Assembly (NCBI GenBank): GCA_016207275.1
Contig: JACQPY010000013.1
Coordinates: 20,285 to 84,284, forward strand
Length of the DNA stretch: 64,000 nucleotides
From: Candidatus Kerfeldbacteria bacterium
Lineage (GTDB): Bacteria; Patescibacteriota; Patescibacteriia; SBBC01
Reading direction: 5' to 3'
In this document: in pieces, positions 8,719 through 15,968 of the stretch
How the letters are laid out: each line of letters opens with the position of its first letter
Numbering within the stretch: position 1 is the first letter of the stretch
Notes under the pieces: model-generated
Told to the model about the DNA's origin: nothing
Databases searched by the model: none
Seen by the model: the letters and a program-made list of their open reading frames with translations, nothing else
Position numbers and translations under genes: made by a program

Positions 8719-9726
8719 CTATGGCATGTGGGAGTAGCGGAATCGTTCTAGACCACGCCGCTTCGATAAAATCTCCCAACGGAAAACAAGCTCTGGGCTT
8801 CTTTCGTCAATTACTTCGAAGGAACCGTCATGGCGAACGATATAACCCTGGAACGTTCCAGAGATTCCTTTGATGAAGACTTGGTAGTTTTCTGAAAACT
8901 TTCGGGGAGACACCAGTCGATTAAATCTGAGATCAATGGGAATTCTAACCCGTCCGTCCTGGAGCTGCGCCGTACCCTCATGAGTTACCCAGAGCAATGC
9001 ATGGGGCAGAATCGTAAGCTCGTCTCGTTTCGATTTAAATTGTGAGCGGAGACGGGCGGCTCGTTTGGACGGTCCATCCTTTGGGGGACGACGGGCAATA
9101 GAGTCGAACATCGATTCAGTCGCTAGTTCACCGTTAAATCCAAGCAAGGTCATGATGTATTGACGCATGGGCACTTCACCGAGGAGAGCGAATACTCGGC
9201 TCGCCGTCTGTTCTTGAGCGCACCCAAGCTCAAGAGATAACGCGCTCTGTTCTAGATAGGCGTGAACCTCTTCTTCGAAGCGATCGATCATGACATCATA
9301 TGAGGTGTCAGGTAGGTCCGAGAACCGATTGAAGAGATATTGCCGGGAAGTTAACCCAAGTGCCGATCGAACGTGTTGATACTCATGCCAGAGGATGCAG
9401 TATTTAGTTTTAGTTGAGACATTTGGATTGTCAAAGGTATCCGGATTCAGCCTCAGGACTATGAGCGTATCACTGTTTGGTTGCACACTTAAATGAACGG
9501 ACGCCTGGTGGATCATTGATTCGGTTGCACTTAACTCGAAGCCAATTGCTACCCGCTCTGCATCGTAGAGTGAAACTAGGTTATGTCGGATCTCCACTCG
9601 TGGATGAGTTGCCATAAGTTGTTTCATCCGTTCGACGAACCCGAGCAAGTACTCAGGATCAGATTGAGTCACTGAGATTCCTGATGTTGCGAATACCAGA
9701 AACATCCAAATTGCAAAGCCCATCAC
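8719..9726 (-). CDS. Putative exported HExxH metallopeptidase-like protein
   Basis: Hydrophobic N-terminus; ILWHEYQH ... EEEVHAY; AAGGAG upstream; visibly lower GC. Confidence 0.6.
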   Translation of the reverse strand: MMGFAIWMFLVFATSGISVTQSDPEYLLGFVERMKQLMATHPRVEIRHNLVSLYDAERVAIGFELSATESMIHQASVHLSVQPNSDTLIVLRLNPDTFDNPNVSTKTKYCILWHEYQHVRSALGLTSRQYLFNRFSDLPDTSYDVMIDRFEEEVHAYLEQSALSLELGCAQEQTASRVFALLGEVPMRQYIMTLLGFNGELATESMFDSIARRPPKDGPSKRAARLRSQFKSKRDELTILPHALLWVTHEGTAQLQDGRVRIPIDLRFNRLVSPRKFSENYQVFIKGISGTFQGYIVRHDGSFEVIDERSPELVFRWEILSKRRGLERFRYSHMP

Positions 9727-9840
9727 TCATCGCTCCTTCCAGGTTCAGGTATTTAGTTGTCAAACGTCATTTCGTTACAACCACGGCTCTACTCTATCGC
9801 TTTTCGTCTGAGTGTCAAGAGCATTTTCTCGATATTTTTC

Positions 9841-9869
9841 TTGACAACGAGAAAAGCTCGAGCTAGGAT
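9841..9869 (+). promoter_or_regulatory. Sigma70-like promoter
   Basis: TTGACA-17 nt-TAGGAT; a divergent TTGACA lies on the minus strand at about 9814-9819. Confidence 0.55.
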
Positions 9870-9883
9870 GAAGTCAGAAATGA

Positions 9884-10009
9884 GCCGTCGCTAAAAGTCA
9901 GCGCCGTCGCAAAAATGATAGAATACAAAATTTGGTCTTCACAATCTCTCGAATTTTGGAGGAAAGAAGACGATTTTCCCATTGCGCCGTCGCCAAAAAG
10001 CGCCGTCGC
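9884..10009 (+). repeat. Four GCCGTCGC direct repeats in two pairs
   Basis: At 9884, 9903, 9986 and 10002, each followed by an A-rich tract. Confidence 0.75.
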
Positions 10010-10385
10010 AAGAAAAGTGGATAAAGTGCTAACAATTTCCATTATGACCAGATTCATCAGCGCCAAGCATCATAAAAAACCCGATCCAGCCTGGCCGGTC
10101 AGTCATTTCCAGCGCATCATCGCCACGATTCCGTGGTTGTCAACCTCGCCACGCCGCTCCACCGACCCCGCGCATGATGTTTCCGGCGGAGCCGGACCCC
10201 GCCGAATGGCTGGGCGGGGTCGAGTTGTTTCTACCCACGCACCAGCCCCGCCATTTGGCGGGACGGTGCGGGGTTCCGCTCCACGGAACCACGTATCGAG
10301 AGAAGCCACGGCCGTGAGGCCGTGGAGCTTCACCAGACGCGTTTCCCGGCAGCGCCGAACGTTGTGGGAGGTGTTGATTCCATGA

Positions 10386-10465
10386 TCCCGTTAGAGAGTC
10401 CTCTAAAAACCATAAAATGTTTTCGATGTGGGCTGAAAAGTTTATCGGCTAACTCTCTAACGGGA
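10386..10465 (+). mobile_element. 80-bp MITE-like element, copy 1
   Basis: 14-bp perfect terminal IR tcccgttagagagt/actctctaacggga; TGA on both flanks (10383-10385, 10466-10468). Confidence 0.8.
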
Positions 10466-10548
10466 TGACCATAATATTGGTCCGGCTGAATTACTTCGGG
10501 CTCTTGCTGATTTTGCTCTTGATATGGCGCGTGATTTCTATGACTTAA
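10465..10548 (+). CDS. 27-aa hydrophobic peptide MTIILVRLNYFGLLLILLLIWRVISMT
   Basis: Single TM-like ORF; GGGAGGTG at 10366-10373 lies 8 nt before the ATG once the element is removed. Confidence 0.5.
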   Translation: MTIILVRLNYFGLLLILLLIWRVISMT

Positions 10549-10792
10549 GTAACGACCAGCAGCTCCGCTCCGCCCTGGTTGCGGTGGCACCAGGGGAGAG
10601 CGGAAAACCTGCCCCGTAGTCAACCGGAGGTTGTACTACTGGGGACCGATATCTCCACTTGTACATTACAAGCAGCCATGCACCGCGCGCCGCTTGGATG
10701 CATGGTGTAAAGGAGGTGATGACAGCTAATCGCGTGATTTCGTCTTGGTGATCGCAGTCTGGCAGTGAACCATGCAACGAAGGAGGAACCAC

Positions 10793-11248
10793 GTGAAACG
10801 CTTCAGGCTCGTAGCAGCGGGATTGGTCCTGCTCGTCACGGGCGTCATGAACCCGGTCGCCGCGCACGCAGTCGCGGTGTCGGGAAACGTCATGCTCGGA
10901 ACGAAGTCGACACAGGCAGTGGTTGCCGCGGTGCCGCTCGACGCTTCCACCGGCATCATCGATGCCGACCGCGCCGTAACGGTCTTTACCGGACTCAACG
11001 GTCGGTTCACCATCACTCCGCCGAGCGAGCAGTTCATGCTCGTGGCGTGGAATGGCAGCGACGCCGGGATCGTATTCGAACCAGTGAACGGCGTCACCAT
11101 CCATCTCCTTCGGCAGGATCCGCCGATTGTGACCGCCGCGAATACGTGGTGTACCTGCACCCGGCTCTTCTGGGGCTTGTACTACACGTGCTGGTGGGCG
11201 GACTGGGGAAAGATCGGCTGCGTCCTCTGGAAGGGTTGCCAGTGCTAG
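10793..11248 (+). CDS. Secreted protein with Cys/Trp-rich C-terminal tail
   Basis: AGGAGG then GTG; signal peptide ending AHA; tail TWCTCTRLFWGLYYTCWWADWGKIGCVLWKGCQC. Confidence 0.75.
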   Translation: MKRFRLVAAGLVLLVTGVMNPVAAHAVAVSGNVMLGTKSTQAVVAAVPLDASTGIIDADRAVTVFTGLNGRFTITPPSEQFMLVAWNGSDAGIVFEPVNGVTIHLLRQDPPIVTAANTWCTCTRLFWGLYYTCWWADWGKIGCVLWKGCQC

Positions 11249-11253
11249 CGGAC

Positions 11254-11280
11254 GGGGCGTTTGAGCAATCAAGCGCCCCG
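11254..11280 (+). terminator. Hairpin downstream of the secreted-protein gene
   Basis: cggggcgtttga-gcaa-tcaagcgccccg; no clear U-tract. Confidence 0.45.
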
Positions 11281-11324
11281 CTCAATCCCTCAACATTATT
11301 TATCAACGTAAGATTCTAACGTAT

Positions 11325-11585
11325 ATGATCAACAAGAAAGAACTCATCCTTGCCATCATGCTCTTTGTCGCTCTCTACGTTATTGAAGCGACGCTGATCA
11401 GCACCTTACGGCTGCGGGGGAACGCTGCCATTACGACTGTCTGGGCGACTATCGGTGCGCAAGTGCTTCTGACAATGCTTTTCTACCAACGCAAACGGGT
11501 GACCGCGGGATTCGTTGGCACAATTGCCGTTGGACTTCAGATGATCATGCAGATTACCGGATTATTGATGATTGCGACGACATAG
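11325..11585 (+). CDS. Small three-TM membrane protein
   Basis: 86 aa with three hydrophobic segments. Confidence 0.6.
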   Translation: MINKKELILAIMLFVALYVIEATLISTLRLRGNAAITTVWATIGAQVLLTMLFYQRKRVTAGFVGTIAVGLQMIMQITGLLMIATT

Positions 11586-11656
11586 TTCCGCCCTGACGAC
11601 TCTCGGTGGCAGTCGTGATGACAGAATCGGTGGTGCGTAAAGAAAGGGAAAAGCAT

Positions 11657-12025
11657 ATGGATCTTAACCGCGTTACCCTGATCGGGAACCTGACCCGGGA
11701 CCCGCTCAAGAAGTCCGCCCCCAGCGGGCAGACGATCAGCCAGTTCTCGCTGGCGACCAACTACAGCTGGCAGGACGCCGCTACGAAGTCACGGAAGGAG
11801 AACGTCGAGTTCCACAATATCGTGGCCTGGGGCAAGCTGGCTGACATTGTCAACCAGTACGTCAAAAAGGGGAGCAAGGTCTACGTTGAAGGCCGGCTGC
11901 GGAATAGCTCCTGGAAAGACAAAGACGGCAAGCCGCAGCGCAAGACCGAAGTGGTGGCGGACAACCTGATCATGCTCGGTCACCGCGGCCAGCGTGAAGT
12001 GAAGTTGGCCGAACAATCGCAGTAA
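11657..12025 (+). CDS. ssb: Single-stranded DNA-binding protein (no acidic tail)
   Basis: MDLNRVTLIGNLTRDP...EFHNIVAWGKLA...KGSKVYVEGRL. Confidence 0.92.
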   Translation: MDLNRVTLIGNLTRDPLKKSAPSGQTISQFSLATNYSWQDAATKSRKENVEFHNIVAWGKLADIVNQYVKKGSKVYVEGRLRNSSWKDKDGKPQRKTEVVADNLIMLGHRGQREVKLAEQSQ

Positions 12026-12124
12026 GGTTTTTTCACAACACGCCCTGAACCCGAGCGAAGCCTGGTGGTTCAGGGCTGCCATCCGCACATCGCCGTTTGC
12101 CAGTGTCCGTCGTTTAAACAAATT

Positions 12125-12184
12125 CTCGCGCCACCGAGTTTGTCTCAGGGCGGATACAACCGACGGACGGTGTGCGGGTGGGAG
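12125..12184 (+). repeat. 60-bp direct repeat, copy 1 (right arm of a long hairpin)
   Basis: 56/60 identical to 12947-13006. Confidence 0.9.
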
Positions 12185-12292
12185 TGGACAGAGCGGAGAG
12201 AGAAGTGCAGGAACTCATCGTTCTAGTTCGTTTTGCGAATCGAACCCTGATGCTCGAAGAGGTGGGACTCGTATATTTGCTATACTGAAATT

Positions 12293-12943
12293 ATGGATCC
12301 TCGGATACACATTCTCGAAGCCAATCCGCCCCTCAGACGATTTGCTGCTATCCTCAGGAAGGAATGCGAGCACTCCCTGCAGCGTATCAAGTTATTGCTC
12401 AAGTTTAAGGATGTTGATATTGTATTGGCAGATGATCCGAGAAAGGTAGTGAAGCCCCTAGTCATTGGAGGGTGGACGCAGAATTCTCACCTCGTTTTTG
12501 TTTGGCTCAATTCTTCACATCGCTACTTTGCAAATCGGATTCGAACTGAGATTGGCCGAACTCTCGCTCATGAGTTGCATCACGTAGCACGTTGGCAGTT
12601 AACAGGAAAGTATGGTCGCAACTTGTTTGAGGCGCTGGTGACCGAAGGACTTGCCGACCATTTTGTGCTTCAAGTGTTCGACGGCAAACCAGAGCCATGG
12701 GATATTGTTCTCAGTCATGGTGCGCTGAAGAGATTTATCATTCGCGCGCGTCGAGAGTTTGCGAACAGAAGCTACGACCACCGTGCTTGGTTCTATGGTT
12801 CTCAGGGCCGAAGAATACCGAAGTGGACTGGTTATTCATTGGGATTTTACGTTGTCGCCAGGTACCTCGAGCAACATCCTCGCGAAACACCGGCACGGTT
12901 GGTAGGTGCATCGGCGAACAAATTTTTTAGTGCCGTTAAATAA
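12293..12943 (+). CDS. DUF2268-like Zn-dependent protease
   Basis: LAHELHHVAR, LVTEGLADHF, WTGYSLGFYVV; lower GC than flanks. Confidence 0.8.
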   Translation: MDPRIHILEANPPLRRFAAILRKECEHSLQRIKLLLKFKDVDIVLADDPRKVVKPLVIGGWTQNSHLVFVWLNSSHRYFANRIRTEIGRTLAHELHHVARWQLTGKYGRNLFEALVTEGLADHFVLQVFDGKPEPWDIVLSHGALKRFIIRARREFANRSYDHRAWFYGSQGRRIPKWTGYSLGFYVVARYLEQHPRETPARLVGASANKFFSAVK

Positions 12944-12946
12944 TTA

Positions 12947-13006
12947 CTCGCGCCACCGAGTTTGTCTCAGGGCGGATACCAGCTGCGGACGGTGTGCGGG
13001 TGGGAG
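12947..13006 (+). repeat. 60-bp direct repeat, copy 2
   Basis: Fills the gap between the protease stop (12943) and the aminotransferase stop (13007). Confidence 0.9.
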
Positions 13007-14212
13007 CTAGCGCGTCGTCCCGGGATACTGCTCGAGGGCGGCGGCCAGGATTTTGGCTGAGCGGTCGAGGGCCGGTTCGCCGAGGACATAGGCAATTCGC
13101 GCTTCGTGGTGGCCGAGGTTGGATGTGACGTAAAACCCCGGGCCCGGGGCCAGGGCCACGGTCTCGCCGTCCAGGTGGAACGACTCGACCAGCCATTGGC
13201 AGAAGCGCTCGCTCGAGTCAACGGGTAGGCTGAGCATGACGTAGAGGGCACCAGCGGGTTCGGCAAACCGAATCGAGGGGATGAGCTTCAAGGCCGCTGT
13301 TAAGGAACCGTTTCGACGAGCGTAGGTTTCAACCAAAGAATCGGTGAAGCGCACTGAATCGGCCAGCAACGGGACGACGGCCATTTGTTCGATGGTCGGC
13401 GAGGACAACCGACCTTGAGCAAACTTAAGGGCGGCGTCTATGACGGCTTGGTTGGTTGACGCGATGCAGCCGATCCGGGCACCGCAGCAGTTGAAGCGCT
13501 TGGACACGCTGTCGACGAGAATGACCCGGTCCTGAATTTCCGCGATTGAAGCGAAGCTGCGCGGCGGTTGGCCACGGAAGACGATCTCCCGGTACGTTTC
13601 GTCGGCAATAATGAAGAGGCCATGTACTCGGGCGATCTCGGCCAGGGCGCGCTGTTCGTCGTCGCTTAAGACTGCGCCAGTCGGATTGGCCGGGTTGCAG
13701 ACGATGATGGCGCGCGTTCGCCGGCTGATCTGTTGAGCAATGACCTTGGCTGGCGGCAGGCGGAAGCCGGTCTCGAGGGTGAGCCTGATCGGACGCAGGG
13801 TAATACCGGCCATCTGGGCAAAGGTGACGTAGTTGGGGTAGAGTGGCTCGAACACCAGGACTTCATCGCCCGGATCGGTTACGGCCAGCAGGGCAAAGAT
13901 GATCGCCTCGCTGCCGCCGGTGGTGACAATGATTTGATCGGTAGAAAAGTCGGTGCCGACCCGTCGAAAGTACCGTTGCCAGGCGGAAATGGTCTCGGGC
14001 AGGCCGGCCGAGGGAGCATAGGCGACCACCGGCTCGGCAAACTGTCGGACGATTGCAAGGAATTCGGGCGGGGTCGGTAGGTCGGGTTGACCGATGTTGA
14101 GCTGGTTGACCCGAACGCCGCGACCTCGGGCGGCGTCAGCCGCGGCCTGCAGCTTGCGGATGGGTGAGGCCGGCGTCTGCCGGGCGCGGTGTGAGCTGGT
14201 CGGAGTGTTCAT
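13007..14212 (-). CDS. PLP-dependent aminotransferase class I/II (aspartate aminotransferase-like)
   Basis: LNIGQPD, NPANPTG, DETY, SVSKRF..CGARIG. Confidence 0.9.
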   Translation of the reverse strand: MNTPTSSHRARQTPASPIRKLQAAADAARGRGVRVNQLNIGQPDLPTPPEFLAIVRQFAEPVVAYAPSAGLPETISAWQRYFRRVGTDFSTDQIIVTTGGSEAIIFALLAVTDPGDEVLVFEPLYPNYVTFAQMAGITLRPIRLTLETGFRLPPAKVIAQQISRRTRAIIVCNPANPTGAVLSDDEQRALAEIARVHGLFIIADETYREIVFRGQPPRSFASIAEIQDRVILVDSVSKRFNCCGARIGCIASTNQAVIDAALKFAQGRLSSPTIEQMAVVPLLADSVRFTDSLVETYARRNGSLTAALKLIPSIRFAEPAGALYVMLSLPVDSSERFCQWLVESFHLDGETVALAPGPGFYVTSNLGHHEARIAYVLGEPALDRSAKILAAALEQYPGTTR

Positions 14213-14357
14213 CTAAGTTTGTGGGTTTGCTCGAGCAGCCACGGCGGCGTGTTCATGTGCGTGCCCACTCCTGGACGTAGTGTTCCTAAAGTTGTAATCC
14301 CGTACAGAGCTCCGGGGCATGGATTCGAACCATGATTCGCGGCTCTCCCGCACTTAG

Positions 14358-14480
14358 CTCGAGGGCAGGATTCTCCGCCAAAGGCGGATCCGCCTTCTCT
14401 TTAAATCTTTTAAGTCAAAGTGGCGGAGAACCATCATAAGCACCTCTTCACCCCGCCTTTGGCGGAAAAGGCCGCTGTCC
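14358..14480 (-). pseudogene. Additional tRNA-Gln fragment (D) with hairpin inserts
   Basis: ggacagcggccttt (14480-14467); T-loop ggttc|gaatcc split by a 54-bp insert (14374-14427); acceptor 3' strand ccctcga g. Confidence 0.55.
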
Positions 14481-14489
14481 GGCCCTGCG

Positions 14490-14691
14490 CTCGGGGACAG
14501 GGATTCGAACCCCGATTAACGGCTCTTCCGCACCTAAGCTCGGGGGGCAGGATTCGAACCTGCGTACTGGGCTCCAAAGGCCCATGTCCTACCGTTAGAC
14601 GACCCCCGAACTTAGGTGCGGAATAAACTCCGGCCGCTGCCTGTCCCGCACCCTACGTGGTGCGGGGTCCTACCATTTAGACGATCCCCGA
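14490..14691 (-). pseudogene. Middle tRNA-Gln scaffold (B), anticodon replaced by an IR-tRNA cassette
   Basis: Acceptor tcgggga/tccccga, D-arm gtctaaatggtaggac, anticodon stem gcggc/gccgt, T-arm cgggg-ttcgaat-ccctg all intact; TTTG of the loop absent. Confidence 0.8.
14539..14609 (-). tRNA. tRNA-Gln(UUG), intact inner copy (C)
   Basis: tcggggg tc gtc taacggtag gac a tgggc ct TTG ga gccca gtac gcagg ttcgaat cctgc cccccga g; U1-A72, G73; CCA not encoded. Confidence 0.93.
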
Positions 14692-14897
14692 GCTGAGGGC
14701 GGGATAAACTCCGGGCGGTGCCGTGCGTAAACTTCTTGACGTTTAATAATGTCCTACGTGCCCGTACCTCCCGCCTTGGCGGGATGGTGCGGGGCCGTTA
14801 GATCACCCCCCATCGCGGTTTGCAGTGTACGTGAAATCGATGTCCGGAACAAGGGTATCGAGCAGTCCCGAGTCCAGTCTATGGTACAATACACTCC

Positions 14898-15605
14898 ATG
14901 GTATCTCGCAGGCATGACCGCCGCGCGTCAGCCGCTAACGAACGGCACTACCAGCCGTTTGCCTTTCGGCACGACATCACCAGGCGGTTGGTCCGGGTTA
15001 TGGGTGAGTTTACCGAGGGTTTTGAGCTGCTGGCTTCGCTCCGACGACCAGTGACTTTTTTCGGCTCGGCGCGGATTGGTAAGGACAGCGGGTACTACCA
15101 GGCTGCCCGACAGCTAGCGCGGAAGTTAGGCCGGGCTGGTTTTACCATCGTCACCGGCGGCGGGCCGGGATTGATGGAGGCGGCTAATCGCGGGGCGGTT
15201 GAAGCTAAAGCCCCGTCGATCGGCCTCAACATCCAGCTGCCCCGGGAGCAACGGGTTAACGCCTACGTCCGTCGAGGCATGGGGTTCTTCTACTTCTTTT
15301 CCCGTAAGACGATGTTGACGACCTCGGCCCAGGCCTACGTTTTTTTCCCGGGCGGCTTCGGTACGCTTGATGAATTCTTTTCCATCGTGACGCTGATTCA
15401 AACGAAAAAGATTGAACCACGGCCGATCGTCTTGTTCGGCCGAGACTACTGGCGGAAGCTTAACTACTTCATTAAAGAGAACATGGTTCGACGGCACCGG
15501 ACGATTGCGCCCCGAGACCTGCAGGAGTACCGCATTACTGACGACGTTGACGAAGCCTATCATTGGGTGCGACAATCAAAAGAGCGACGGTACACTTCAA
15601 TGTGA
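14898..15605 (+). CDS. LOG family (TIGR00730) Rossmann-fold nucleotide hydrolase
   Basis: TFFGSAR, TGGGPGLMEAANRG, FPGGFGTLDE. Confidence 0.9.
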   Translation: MVSRRHDRRASAANERHYQPFAFRHDITRRLVRVMGEFTEGFELLASLRRPVTFFGSARIGKDSGYYQAARQLARKLGRAGFTIVTGGGPGLMEAANRGAVEAKAPSIGLNIQLPREQRVNAYVRRGMGFFYFFSRKTMLTTSAQAYVFFPGGFGTLDEFFSIVTLIQTKKIEPRPIVLFGRDYWRKLNYFIKENMVRRHRTIAPRDLQEYRITDDVDEAYHWVRQSKERRYTSM

Positions 15606-15610
15606 CCCTA

Positions 15611-15904
15611 ATGGCTCAAGCACCAAAACGTCTCTATCGATCCCGAACGGAACACGTGATTGCCGGCGTGGCCGGCGGGCTGGCCCAGTACTTCAACATC
15701 GACCCGACCTTAGTTCGGGTGGCCTTGGTGGTGCTGGCGCTGTTCTGGGGCGGGGGAATCGTCCTCTACCTCGCCCTGTGGGTCATTGTGCCGCTGGAAG
15801 GCAAGGCTGAAACTGATCCGTCGTTGGGCCGGCGCGTGCGGCAAGCCGCCGCCGAAGCTAAGGCCACAGCCAAGAAGTTTAAGGAGGATGTGATAAAAAA
15901 GTAG
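15611..15904 (+). CDS. PspC domain protein
   Basis: KRLYRSRTEHVIAGVAGGLAQYFNIDPTLVR..YLALWVIVP. Confidence 0.88.
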   Translation: MAQAPKRLYRSRTEHVIAGVAGGLAQYFNIDPTLVRVALVVLALFWGGGIVLYLALWVIVPLEGKAETDPSLGRRVRQAAAEAKATAKKFKEDVIKK

Positions 15905-15968
15905 TCGGTGCTTGGTTGGCGTCGGGCGGCCTGCCGACCGGCCAACGTTGTCGTGCTACGATGCACCT

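Larger units (their letters stand above)
14310..14812 (-). pseudogene. Outer tRNA-Gln scaffold (A), interrupted and degenerate
   Basis: 5' part tggggggtgatctaacgg[insert]taggaca (14812-14750); 3' half gagccgcgaatcatggttcgaatccatgccccggag (14345-14310) with a perfect T-arm; acceptor strands only partly match. Confidence 0.6.

Noticed and set aside
8521-10009. CRISPR array
   Set aside because: Only two copies of the 30-bp repeat and irregular 8-bp repeats; no cas genes in the window
9915-10385. 156-aa ORF across the hairpin region
   Set aside because: Composition tracks GC-rich hairpins and repeats; no recognisable motif or initiation signal
10710-10751. Micro-ORF MTANRVISSW after AAGGAGG, sharing cgcgtgatttc with 10528-10538
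   Set aside because: SD-to-start spacing is too short and an 11-bp match could be chance
12042-12184. 6S RNA or integron attC site
   Set aside because: The ccctgaacc/ggttcaggg hairpin resembles part of 6S but no closing stem or central bubble is evident; no RYYYAAC/GTTRRRY boxes and no integrase
14490-14691. Spliceable intron (group I or bulge-helix-bulge) in tRNA B
   Set aside because: The insert is too short and lacks a group I core; removing it cannot restore the missing U33 and UUG anticodon
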